A DNA stretch of 62,777 bases, counting the filler, from Collodictyon triciliatum (taxonomy: Eukaryota), in the NCBI GenBank assembly GCA_043381765.1. It is 25 parts of 25 records of this genome, joined end to end, with 100 filler letters (N's around TTAATTAATTAA, not from the genome) between each part and the next. Parts side by side here need not be neighbours in the genome. Positions count along the whole stretch, not along the records: positions 10,083 to 12,502 come from JBHJMP010008926.1; positions 12,603 to 15,021 come from JBHJMP010008927.1; positions 15,122 to 17,541 come from JBHJMP010008928.1; positions 17,642 to 20,059 come from JBHJMP010008929.1; positions 20,160 to 22,575 come from JBHJMP010008930.1; positions 22,676 to 25,091 come from JBHJMP010008931.1; 19 more parts are not named here. One strand, 5' to 3'. Below the pieces are notes generated by a model. The model had not been told where the DNA came from and ran no database searches. It was given only the letters and a program-made list of their open reading frames with translations. The position numbers were made by a program, and so were the translations under genes. Positions 10,602-23,518 of this stretch are shown one piece after another. The stretch's first letter is position 1. Every line of letters starts with the position of its first letter.

Positions 10602-12450
10602 TCACTTGGGCTGGATAGCGTCAGGAGAATGAATGGTGGAGCTGACGTTCGGTAGAGACTCATCGTCTTTGATTTCTTCGTATTGTGACTTTGTCTGTCG
10701 ATTCTGAGCGTAGATTGTGCAGCCCAGTCCGACGACGATGCACAAACCACCCATGGACTGCTCTAATGTGATTGACTCGTCTCGGAAGAAGTAGGACAAG
10801 ATTGCTGCTGCAATGGGCTGGACTGTAGATGCCAGAGACACAAGAGGGGGATTTGTGCGTTTCATAGCCTGCATCATAGGTAAAAGCAAAAGGATGGGAG
10901 AATGAAATAAATGAAGAAAGTAAGAAAAGTTAGATTTTAAGTTAGATGTATTATCTCAATTAAGATTTTTTGTTCAGAAATTTCATATGGGCCACGGGGT
11001 TTATCGAATGAGCATGAATATCCTTCAAAATATGACCATATATATGATTAATGTCTACCCACAACGTGTATGCTCACATTCTTCACAACATATTAATAAT
11101 TCAATACAACTTTCAGGAGGAAAACTCACCCAAAGAGACAAAAAATAACCCAACCCCGAGGTGATGAAACCAGCATAAAGAACAGCAAGCCAGGTATACA
11201 CATCAAACTTGCTGAAGTCTGTGACAAAGAAAAAGTAAATTGCACCTAAAACCTCTCCAATGGCACCATATATGAACGCATAGAACCCAATAAATGTGGG
11301 GTGGAGAATATTCAGCAAAGGCTTCTGGTAAACCAGATAAATAGCATAGCTCAAGGTGTTACAAAGAAAGAATATGACTCCCAGGACAAAGAGGCCATCT
11401 GAATTGTCGCTGTCATCGTCGTCCCCATCAGCAGGATACAGAATGACAACAACAGCACCGACAATAGCAGAGACCAAACCAAATACTTTCAAGACAGAAA
11501 TGCTCTCTTTCTTCAACAAGACACACAACGCCATCTACAAACACCAAGGGAGCAAATTGGTCAGAGTGTTGCCACCACTACTAACAAAGGCTGAAGAAAA
11601 AGGCACACGCGTAGAAAGAAGTTCATTTTAAATCAGGACGCTCATATGACCCGCATGATAAATATATGGATGTTTTCTCATATTTCAAATATGACCGAAG
11701 AGGCATATGAATAAAACATAAACATAAACATGGCCAGAAAATTATAATGGGGCTTACAGTCCAGACTGCCATCGAAGGTTGAATGATGGCCTGGACAGTT
11801 GGGTTGGTCAAGTCCAGGCCGTAGATGTTAAAGACTTGATTTCCTATGACGCCAAATACGCCCAACAAGGCGAGCTTTGGCTGGTATTCGCGGGGCACAT
11901 GTGGAAACTTGGAGCCGTTCTGGTAATAGGCGGCGAGGAACATGCATGAGAGTGCGATGGTGACTCGGAAGGATGAAAAGAGCAAAGGCTCAAAATCCTT
12001 TCCTTCCAGTGCCCCTTTGACGATCAGGCCGTTTGCTGAAACAAGCATGATTGACCTTAGCCAGTGTCGACAAAAGTGTAGATATAAACAAAAGAAAACA
12101 AAAGAAAACAAAAGAAAATAAAAGAAAATAAAAGAAAATAGAAGAAAATAGAAGAAAGGAAAAAGAAAGGAAAAAGAAAGGAAAAAGAAAGAAAAGAGAA
12201 AGAAAAGAGAAAGAAAAGAGAAAGAAAAGAGAAAGAAAAGAGAAAGAAAAGAGAAAGAAAAGAGAAAGGAATCACCCGCAAATATCAGCTGCACACAGAC
12301 AATGGCGCCATAGGGGATAATCTTCACAGCGACAGCCTTCCAACGCGGTTCCTCCAGTATTTCTGTCGACTGCGCCTCGTCTGACAAAGGTAGGTCGAGG
12401 GGACTTCTGTCCTGATCTGCGTTCACAGACGATCGGTGCGGGTTCGACAT
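10602..12450 (-). CDS. EamA/DMT-family (WAT1/UMAMIT, nodulin MtN21-like) transporter, 4 exons, apparently complete
   Basis: About 10 TM helices; motifs LALLGVFGVIGNQVFNIYGLDLTNPT, KESISVLKVFGLVSAIVGA, YLVYQKPLL, WLAVLYAGFITSGLGY, VQPIAAAILSYFF.DE; TGA stop. Confidence 0.9.
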
Positions 12451-12602
12451 CCCTTCGTAGCAGTATTTCTTTTTTTTTTTAAAAAAAAAAAAAAAAGAGA
12501 AANNNNNNNNNNNNNNNNNNNNNNNNNNNNNNNNNNNNNNNNNNNNTTAATTAATTAANNNNNNNNNNNNNNNNNNNNNNNNNNNNNNNNNNNNNNNNNN
12601 NN

Positions 12603-12674
<72 letters not shown>

Positions 12675-12710
12675 CTAATGTGTATTTTTTATGAATAATT
12701 ATTTTTATAG

Positions 12711-13775
12711 GCATGATAAAGCTCTTGAATGCTACCGCAAATCACTTGAAACTCGACTGAAAGTATTTGGAGAAATACACCCTGACGTCGCTGGGTCTTA
12801 TAACAATATTGGAAGTCTTTATAACCGTCTCGGGAAGTGTGTATTATTTTATCATTTATGTTTATCCTTTCATTAAATTTCATTAAATAGACATGACAAA
12901 GCCCTGGAATACTACCATAAATCTCTTGAAATCAAACTGAAAATATTTGGAGAGATGCACCCTGATGTCGCGATTTCATATCTGGGTATTGGAATCGTTT
13001 ACAATCGAATCAAACAGTATGTTATATTTGAAAAATAGGTATTATAATATTTCTTCATTTCCTTATTTTGTTTTATTTTATTTTTAATAATTTTTTGATT
13101 ATTTTTGATTATTTTTGATTATTTTTTGATTATATAAAATATTTGACAGGCATCAAAAAGCCCTCGAGTACTACCACAAATCACTTGAAATTCAAGTAAT
13201 TTTTTTTGGAGAAATGCACCCTGACGTTGCAGCGTCATACAATAGCATCGGAGCCGGTTACGACAATCTTGGAAAGTCTGGTTCATTTTCTTATATACTA
13301 CGTGTATTTTCATTTAATATATTATTTAACAGGTATGAAGAAGCCCTGGAATACTACCACAAAGGGCTTGAAATTCGACTTTATGTGTTTGGAGAAACGC
13401 ACCCTGGTGTTGCAGCGTCATACAATAATATTGGAAACATTTGCTGTCAACTTGGAAAGTATGCCTTATTCGTTTCATTATTTACTACTTGTGTTTTCAT
13501 TTAATATATTATTTAACAGGTATGAAGAAGCCCTGGAATACTATCACAAATCACTTGAAATCAAACTGACAGTGTACGGAGAAATGCACTCTGATATTGC
13601 GGTGTCGTATGGACATATTGGTGATGTACTGGTAAATCAAAAGAAATACCAAGAGGCTGTGGACATGTACCAAAAAGCCAACACGATATTCGAGACTGTG
13701 TATGGTGCAGACCATTCCGAAACCAAAGATGCAGAGAAGCGAATGATGACTGCGCAGATAATGCTGACCCAATAA
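12711..13775 (+). CDS. TPR-repeat protein (42-aa kinesin-light-chain/TPR_12 type), one repeat per exon; 5' truncated
   Basis: Exons 12711-12836, 12891-13016, 13150-13275 and 13333-13458 (each 126 nt), then terminal exon 13520-13775. Consensus KALEYYHKSLEI.L..FGE.HPDVA.SY..IG..Y..LG. Confidence 0.92.
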
Positions 13776-14963
13776 GTGACTCACCTGTTACCCACCCCAT
13801 CTAAACAACCCATTCATCCATCTCCATACCACCTTTTCCACAAAAACAAGTACAAGTGAGCACCATTCCGATGACCACCAAATCGAATGAATGCAGATGA
13901 TTGCTAGCATGTTTGCAGGGGCTGGATGAAAAGAATTAAAAAAAAAATTACCTAACCTTTCCAGCACTTGCCGATAAGCGTGACACATCTGCTGTTTGTT
14001 TGGTAATCGACCTCGAGTATATATCACAGGCTAAAAGAATGATTATGTGTTGGTTATCATTGTGCTACGGAGGTTGTATGCTTTCATTTGGTTTTTCATA
14101 TTTTACTTGATTTTTATTTTTCGCCTGGTTAAGTGTCGCAATGTCAGCTTCATGGACACAATATTTTCTTTTTCTTTTTGCGCCCATGACGATGGTGGGC
14201 TGTAATGATACATGCACTTGCTTTGTGTGTCTTTATTATGTCTTATATTATATTCATCGACTGACTTGAAGGCTGTCCATATCCTTGATTGACTGTACTG
14301 TTGTCCGTTGCATCTGCAGTTGTTTAATTATTCGGCGAAGTGTTTTGTTGTTTTCTATGTGCTTGGTTGTTGACCCAACTACAATTTTTTCATTTCTTCT
14401 CTTTTTGCTTTTGTTTTTGTTTTTTTGTTTTTGCTTTTTTGTTTTTGCTTTTTTGTTTTTGCTTTTTTGTTTTTGCTTTTTTGTTTTTGTTTTCCTTATC
14501 ATCTGCAACTATAACTTTTGATACATAGCCAACCGGAGGAAGCAAAAAAGCAAATAAAAAACCTTTCGTTCGTGCGATTTCTGCTCATCAATTAATGGAA
14601 AAAAAAAAAGGCTACTCAAGTATGTTTTGCTTGTGTTGAGAATACTCATCGCTACCCTTCTTTTTGCGTTTGGGTAATGTAATAAAGGCTTTTCTGTCGA
14701 CCTGCTTCGACCTTTGTGTAGTTGTGTGAGCGGTGTTGTGAGACTGTGCCCTGAAGCTGAACACCGCTGACGTGATTGCCCATGCGTTGTTTGTCATGTA
14801 TAATTATACAGAAGACATTCTCCCGCTATGACAGACTGGCAAATACACAACTCTATGGATTGACCTTGCCTACAGTTTCCTCACACAACACAACACGACA
14901 AATAAAAGAATATGACTCACAGAAAAGAAACATGTCGTCTTTGTTGTTTTCTATTTTCTTTCT

Positions 14964-15003
<40 letters not shown>

Positions 15004-15121
15004 TTTTTTTTTTTTTTTTTTNNNNNNNNNNNNNNNNNNNNNNNNNNNNNNNNNNNNNNNNNNNNTTAATTAATTAANNNNNNNNNNNNNNNNNNNNNNN
15101 NNNNNNNNNNNNNNNNNNNNN

Positions 15122-17541
15122 CCATAGTGAGGTAGAGCTTTGTATGTCGGTGAATATAAGGGCGATTCTTCCTGTAGGTGGAACTTCCTTTGTTTTACTG
15201 TTCTTTTTTGTGTTTATCATTGAGCCTGAGCTAAAAGACGCAGAAGCTGATTCGTTTCTTTTGATGTTAATTTGGTTTGTTATTTCACTAAAGTTGGGTC
15301 TGTCTTTGGGGTTTTGAGCCCAACACTTCTGAGCTAGGGTCTTTAGTTCCAGTATGTCATCATGTTCTGGAAGAAACGTTGGTCGCAGATGTCCTTCTTG
15401 GACTCTGTAAATGACGGATTCAGCAATCTCACCCTAATTCAGAGAGAGAGAGAGAGAAAAAACAGCAAGCAGTCAAGCTTTAAGATTATCAGTTTACATG
15501 TCGTTTTCAAATATAATGGTACTTGTTTTTTTTCTTTCTATTGGTGAAATTTAAAGTACTGAATATAATTCCTGTCGACAAATGATCTCCCATATTATGA
15601 TTCCGAAGCTGTAAACATCAGATTTGATGGTATACTCTTCCCCTCTGATTACTTCCGGTGCCATCCAAAGGAGAGTGCCTGGTGGAACAGAGTCTTTTTT
15701 GATATTTGTTTGGACCCCGCTCAATCCAAAATCACTGCCAAATAGAAAAATATACATTATTTATTTGCTTTTGCATATAAATGTTTATTAATCACAGCAT
15801 CAAAATATTGGTTCAGTTTTGATCTTTTTTTTTTGTAAAATATAATAACAGAACCTGATTTTGCAATTCAGTCTTTCATCAAGCTATATTGTTTTGAGTT
15901 GAGAGTGTTTATAAAAGTATTGGACTATTACATGTGATATTATTTTTACTATCATAAAATAAAGTTAGAATAAAGACAAAAAACCAGAAAATAAAATTAC
16001 AAGTAGATTTGGACTCTTCAGATCTCTGTGAAGTATCGAGGGGTTGGACAAATGAAGGTACTGTAGTCCTTTTTTCCCGTTTGTGTCGACATCGAATTTT
16101 AAAAATATTATTGTATTGATTCATACTGTGAGCAAGACAGAAATCGAAACCTTGTTCAAATCGAGCAGATGATTACGAAATAAAGTAATCGAGGCTTTCA
16201 AAACTAACCCTTTGCAGCATCACTGACAAACGAATATTTCATGGCCTCGTCAATTTCCACAGAAGAATTATGGATAATCTGCACAATATCGATTTTAATC
16301 ATTGTATCATACAAATTATTTTTAAAAAAAATCATGTATATTCATATCCTTTTAAATCGACCGACTTACATCATAAAGACTCCCATGAACCATGAACTCG
16401 GATACAATACACAAGAACTTTGGATCTACACACGCTGCCATGAAAAGGACAATATTTGGATGTCTCAGTTCTCTGTGATTAAAAATTAATAAAATCGTTA
16501 ATCCTTATATTTTAAGATAAATAAATAAATATTGATGACATGTTTAGAGAGAGAGAGAGAAATCGATGGAGGTATCAAATGGGTGGAGTGCATGCCATTC
16601 AAAAAAAATATATCGTTTTTTTTTGAAATTGTTTTTTACTTACACCATAACACTGACTTCAGCTTCGAATTCTTGGATAGCTGCTTTTGTAATGTTCTTG
16701 TTCAGGAGCTTTTTAATAGCCACGTCGGTGCCTCTCCATGTCCCTTTGAATACCTGTTGTTTAAATATGAAAGACATGAATTATACTTTATTTCAGCGTT
16801 TATGTATATGTGTAAGATGGTGAAGAATTTTGGGTTTGGGTACGAAACATACAATGAATGATAATGGCTTTTATTTGAAAGAATAGTTTTTTTTGAAAAC
16901 ACAAACCTCTCCAAATCCACCCGATCCCAATAATTTACCATAAACAAGCTCGTTGTGATCAATAACACCATAAAGTTTCTTTTCTGCGTCTTTCATTTTC
17001 TTTATGATTTTTTTCCGATAAAGATAAAACATAGACGCTAGAATCAAGACCATGGCTCCAACAACTCCTCCGATGATAGGAAAGTAAGGAAATTCTTTCG
17101 ACTGGTTATCTTTTGATTGTTCAAAATTTTAGTACTATACATCAAAATTTCAGGTGTAGCGTCCTTAATGAGAATCGACTAATATGTCACGAGCCCAAAA
17201 CAATACGAGAAATTTCGTTACCTTTTTTACAGACATCCTGTATGGATTGTTTGATTTTTTTTTGAAAGTTAATCATTGATTATATTGACGCAACAATGAT
17301 AGAAGAAAAATCATGTATTTCAGAATCATTTTGGGGTTTACCTCGTTTAACGTGAATCCTTTATCACAGATGCATTTGTTTTCTTTTGGTTCCAAGTATG
17401 CATGTTCAGAACACTCTATTGTTTTTTATTTCATATTATACACGAATTTTCATAGTAATTTTTGTCAAAAGGTTCAAAATGTCAAAGAATTAGGATGAGT
17501 TTTTTTTTTGTACTCATGACTTACTTGCATGGTAAATTTCA
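15122..17541 (-). CDS. Receptor-type TKL protein kinase fused to a class III nucleotidyl cyclase domain (both ends truncated)
   Basis: Cys-rich ectodomain ([20 protein letters not shown]), TM helix ([20 protein letters not shown]), [79 protein letters not shown], then [19 protein letters not shown]. Confidence 0.9.
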
Positions 17542-17937
17542 NNNNNNNNNNNNNNNNNNNNNNNNNNNNNNNNNNNNNNNNNNNNTTAATTAATTAANNN
17601 NNNNNNNNNNNNNNNNNNNNNNNNNNNNNNNNNNNNNNNNNTACTATTATTATTACTATTATTATTACTATTATTATTACTATTATTATTACTATTATTA
17701 TTACTATTATTATTACTATTATTATTACTATTATTATTATATTCATCATCATCATCATCATCATCATCATAAAAGAAGACTGGATAGGATTCGATTAGTA
17801 GACTTTATAAACCTCGTCATAAAATTGTCGGGCAATATTAAAAAAAAAAAGGGAAAAAAAGTTCGGTAGAGGAATGAAAAGGAAAAGGTGTAATTGATAT
17901 ATCTAAGAGTTAAAATTTAATAGCATTTGAATACTAC

Positions 17938-19624
17938 CTTGGCCATTTCAATAATTATGGTGTAGTCCCAAAAGAGTCTCCATGCTTCATTATCCAGAAC
18001 TGCAAGCTCCATTTTGTTGATGGCGAAGTATTTCTCTTCATCAGGCGGGAATATGTCTCCTCCCTTTCCTACCCCAAACAGCCCTATATGCTCATATGCT
18101 TTCAGTAGTGCAGACACGGAATTGCAATGGATGGGACCAGAAATGAGCTATGCTGTCAAAAAAAATAAGCGAATCTACTCACCATTACACGCTAACTCAA
18201 GCACAAGATTGATGATTTCTCCACCATGGGCAGCACTCGTCAGTCTTCATGTAGTGTTTCCACAATTAAAAGAATGTTTATTTTTGTTATGTTACATGAG
18301 CGACGATTAGAATGGGACACATTCTAGGAAAATTAAAAAAAATATTTATAGAAAGAAAGCAAAAAAAAAAAATTAAACAAATTGTAGATTTAATCATAGA
18401 GTAAAATAACGCACTTGTGTGAAAGTCTTTTATCATGTCGATCACCACCACTTAGGCCTTGAATTGGCTTTCCATCTTTCCATATCAACGCTTCACAACC
18501 AGCATCGAAAATGAAATGAACCGTTTCACCAGCCCATGCAGAAGGTATTTGCAGTGAAACTTTTAACCTAATTTCAATTCCCGAAAGATTTTGACTTCAA
18601 ATAGAACAAAAACGTATTTCTTCTCTATATTGATGTTTAGTATATACATACCAATGGCTGGACCAGGACGGGCCGATGGATTTCCCCATAGATGCTTTTT
18701 CGTAGTCGCCCTGATTAACAGAAAGAAATGATTCATCGATACATGATACATGATACATGATACATGCAGACAGCCATCATAACGAGGTTTTTTTTAAAAA
18801 AAAAATAATAATTCAAATGCCTTATATTCGATTTCACAGGTATTCTATTCTCTTAGAAATTGTAGCCACTGAACATTAAATGAATCGAAAAGAAAATCAA
18901 TTTTTTCTTTACACTTGAATGGGCAATATAATGAAAATTGTAACGAAAATATTATGAAATTAATGAAGCGTTATTTAACACACTTGGTCGTAGGAATGTG
19001 ATACTTTGGTATTATTTCATTTCTTTGTCTTGCTTCATGAGCTATTTTGATTTTATAGGAGTGGAAGTGAAAAAAAATCTTACTTGCATGGCCTCTTCGA
19101 AGGATATCCTACCGTCCAATCCTTCATTTGGGCGATAAGGAGGTGAGAAAATCTCGAAAGATGGCACCTACACGAGTCCGGATGGGCGTAAAAGATTATT
19201 TCCAGTTGGTTTGATTCAAGCAATATACACGAGAAGCAGATTTCATTTCTTTATTATAGAAGAGAATATTTCAGGAATGATAAATATGTTACAGATAGGA
19301 TATTCCATATATATGCACTGAGCAGAGAGAATTTGCGTGTTAGTATAAGTATACAAGAAAAGGATAATTAGATATAAAGTCAGAGAGCTATTGAATGCAT
19401 TTATGAAAAATAAAAAAAATCTGATTTCAGGGAAGTAGATAAACTGAACAACGAAATAGAAGGGACAATGCAGCACAACTTGTATCAGGCGGGGACAACA
19501 AACATACCGTGCGGCTTTCCTTGTAAAGTTTTCCTCGAAGATTTGCGTCCAAGAATAGTGAGTCAGAAACAAACTTCTCGCAGCGCTCGAGGGTGATATT
19601 CCTGTGCTTTAGAACACTTTCCAT
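17938..19624 (-). CDS. MAN2C1: Cytosolic/vacuolar alpha-mannosidase 2C1 (Ams1-like, GH38), N-terminal exons
   Basis: KHRNITLERCEKFVS...DANLRGKLY; GPSWSSHW; IPSAWAGETVHFIFDAGCEALIWKDGKPIQGL; ELACNGLFGVGKGGDIFPPDEEKYF. Confidence 0.9.
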
Positions 19625-20188
19625 CTACCACATCAAGAGACAAGAAAAAGAAAAGAGAAAAGAGCTGTTATTGATCAACCGTATAAACTATCTTGAAAAG
19701 AGTGACTATTTTCGTGATGAGCAAGTAGGACGGGCGAGGAAGCCACTGGGGTGGTGGAACACTCAAGGTTTCAATATGATTCAGTCCGATCATCCTTAAG
19801 CAAACGGCTTCGGCCACGACTCTGGCGCGCCTGATGGAAAACATAAGCAAAACGTAGAGGCTTTGCAAGTTGCAGCCAGTTCTTCTGGTTCCAACACTGG
19901 CGCGGAAAACCCCGAGTTTCGTGTAAGTTTAGGAAGACTCGTGCAAGGAAGCCGCCTGCAAGTCTGTCTGAGCGGAAAGTATTTTTGCACGGGGTCGAGC
20001 AAGTCGTTTACAACAAGAACAAGGCCCGCAGGCTCACAGATGCGCTCGCCTCCTTCTTGNNNNNNNNNNNNNNNNNNNNNNNNNNNNNNNNNNNNNNNNN
20101 NNNTTAATTAATTAANNNNNNNNNNNNNNNNNNNNNNNNNNNNNNNNNNNNNNNNNNNNAATAATGCTTCGAAAAAAAATTTACCTAA

Positions 20189-20221
<33 letters not shown>

Positions 20222-20523
20222 TAATGCAGTTTGACACCAGGGGGTATTGAAAAAAAAAAAAAAAAAGGAAAACAGTTTGGCTACAATAAATGAAGAAACA
20301 AATAAACAGGCGAGATATACACACAAAATGTATATAAAAAAACATCATTAACATAAATATAGAATCCAAGACAAAGAAGAATTAAAGGAAAGAGAAAAGG
20401 TAACAAAATCGAATAACCAAAATGACGTAATATCAACATCATCAAAATTCATAGACATGTCCGTGTCAAATATATGCCGCCCCATGATTTATCAAGACAG
20501 CGAGGCAGAGGCCCGTGAGCGGA

Positions 20524-21206
20524 TTAGGAGGTCCCAGGAGCAGAGCCGGGGGCCATGAGCGGAGGCTGCGAATTGGGAGGACCCAAAGGGATGAAGTTTG
20601 GCGGGGGTGGGAATGCGCCTTGGCCGGGAAGCGGGAAGGGGAGTGGGCCGGGAGCGCCGGGCATAAAGCCGGGGGGCGGAAGGCCAAAGACGCGGGGTGG
20701 CGGAAGGGTTGCGGGAGGGAGGCCTTGCGGAAGGATGGGTGGCTTGTGCTCCAGGCCTGCCTGGCCGGACTGCAGCAGGGGAGATGCAAAAGGTGAATAG
20801 GGTAGAGATGTATACACGAACGAAATATGTCCATGCCCATATCCATATCCATATCCATATCCATATATGTGAGATCAAGGAAAAGATGTAGATGCGAGTG
20901 GAGGTAAATGCGTATATGTAAGTGGTGGGTACTAGGTGAATGGAGGAAAGATGCAAGAAGGGTGCGGCATGACAGGGTGTGGCGCAGTTGTGGGATTACC
21001 AGGAGTGGTGGCTGCGGCTGGCCTGCACCTTGTGGCGGGACTCCGGCTAAGGTGTGTTGTGGTCGTTGTGGGGTGATGTTTGGTGGCAGATTAGAGGGTG
21101 AGCACAGAGATATGTAGAAAAAGGATATACCTTTTCATCACTATTTTCAATACTCCAAATATGTGTAAAAAAATGTGCGATATGCTGAGGAAAATCATGA
21201 TAATCA

Positions 21207-21288
<82 letters not shown>

Positions 21289-21670
21289 TTGGAGGATAGT
21301 AAAAGTGGTGTGATGCGGGATGTTGAGTGCGAGAAGTGTAGATATTCACGTACCCATCGGCATGGGCTGATAGAGGAACTGGGCGTAGTACTCTCGGACG
21401 GCAGAGCGGTGTTTCCATCCGATGTTGTGGGATTTTCGGACGGAGGGTGAATCGTGTGTTAGGAAAGCATCGCAGTAGTCGCAATAGTCTAGTGGTCAGT
21501 AGACAAACAACTGAATAAACAGCTGGAAAGCGAAGACAAAAAACAAAAACAAAACCAAAAACAAAACCAAAAACAAAACCAAAAACAAACAAAAGCAAAA
21601 AAGAAAAAGAAAAAGAAAAGAAAAAACTTATCGCTGTATTTGTCTAGGATGACCACTTACACTTCGGCAT
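20524..21670 (-). CDS. SNRPC: U1 snRNP protein C (matrin-type zinc finger plus Pro-rich tail), 4 coding exons
   Basis: [38 protein letters not shown]; Pro/Gly-rich C-terminus; TAA at 20524-20526. Confidence 0.95.
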
Positions 21671-23518
21671 GGTCGTCGGTTTGTCGTAGGCTGCGTCTAG
21701 TTGAACAAAAAAAAGGAAAAAGAAATGAATAAAAGGATAAAAAAGAAGGAAAGGGTCCAAAGCCAAAACCTGCACCAACTTGCACAAACCGAAAGGTAGA
21801 AAAAAAAAGGAAAGATGAGTAAACCAGATAATAGGGAGAGAAGGCACTAACAGAAATAGCAGCGGGGAGATGCTGTTGAAAGAAAAAAACCAACAACAGA
21901 CGGTATACGCTTATACCTAATTTTTTCCTCATTATTACGCCTACAAAGACATAAAAAGACCCCTTGTTTTGTTTTGCAAACGGCATAGGAAGGAAGGAGC
22001 AGAGAGCATAAATAAAAAAACCAACAAAGAAACAAAGATAGAAAAAAGAAAAATAAAAGAAGAAAAATGAAAAATGAAACAAAATAAGTCTGAAATTAAA
22101 AAAAAAAGAACATAGAGACAAGAGAACCAAGAAAAAAGGAGGGTGATACAGCGGTTGAGGGGGCAGAGTAGCCGAAGAGCGACACATAACTCCCCAGCTG
22201 ATTGATCTCAGCGGTTTGGTCAAGCTGGTCTTTTTGATCAAAACAGAAAAATCAAAATAAGATGCATACCTTTTTGTGGAAATTATACTAAATTAATTTG
22301 CTCCGTGTTTCGTGCCATGTTTTCGAGATATCCGCCCCCACTTACCCACCCCGCTTTGGCTATATCTCTTCGCTCACCAACTAGTGGGACGGTCCTTCAC
22401 TTCCTGCTGCCCTCATCAAGAAGGACAAAGGCATCCCATCGAAGATAGTGTCGGGAAGATTAGATCCGATATTGCTCTACGAGAGAGGAAAACAAAAAAC
22501 AAAAAACAAAAAACAAAAAACAAAAAACAAAAAACAAAAAACAAAAAACAAAAAACAAAAAACAAAAAACAAAAANNNNNNNNNNNNNNNNNNNNNNNNN
22601 NNNNNNNNNNNNNNNNNNNTTAATTAATTAANNNNNNNNNNNNNNNNNNNNNNNNNNNNNNNNNNNNNNNNNNNNATTGTTATTATTATTGTTATTATTA
22701 TTGTTATTATTATTGTTATTATTATTGTTATTATTATTGTTATTATTATTGTTATTATTATTGTTGTTATTATTATCTAATGCTCGGCCCAAGGTAGGAG
22801 TAGAGAGTGTGGCTTAGTTTTTTTGAAGAGGGAAAGGGCGATGGGAAAAGGGAAAAAAAAAAGCTGAATTGATGGTTATGACTCCGCAACTGCTGATTTT
22901 TCCATTTTCTTAACACTCTCTTATCTTTTTTTTTTTTTTTATGGTTTCTTCAGGTATTCTTTCGACTTCGTTAATTACAGTTTATCTCGTACGATCTGTG
23001 CAACTCTCGTCTGCATTCTCCCATACCTTTCCAAAAACAAAACAAAAACAAAACAAAAAAAACAAAACAAAAAAAAAACAAAACAAAACAAAAAAACAAA
23101 ACAAAAAACAAAACAAAACAAAACAAAAAAACAAAACAAAACAAAAAACACAGAAATAGAAATGAGAATAGAGAAAGGAGAGGCAAAAGGCTCCCAGCAA
23201 CCGACCCGCAGACGATCGCCTTTGCCAGGCAGCCAACCGAGCGGACAGTGCGCATCGCCCTTTGTCTGCCTCTGCGGCTGCCAACTTGTCGGATTCTCGG
23301 TTGGGAATGCCCGACAAACAAGAAAAGAATGGGCAAGTAAACGGTTTATGGGAATGCGGCCTCAAATACGGAAACGGGAAAGCGCGCCCATTGGTGGATT
23401 CGCGTACGTCGCCTTTGAATATTTCAGTGCATTTGGCTGAGTGCAGTAATGTTAGCCAATGTTCTGTGTTGCGAACAAGTCTGTATAGAGACCAAAATAC
23501 GGTACTTATTATACGGCT

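Noticed and set aside
16390-16445. Apparent frameshift in the kinase exon after LRHPNIV
   Set aside because: On re-reading, GCG TGT GTA GAT CCA is in frame ([14 protein letters not shown]).
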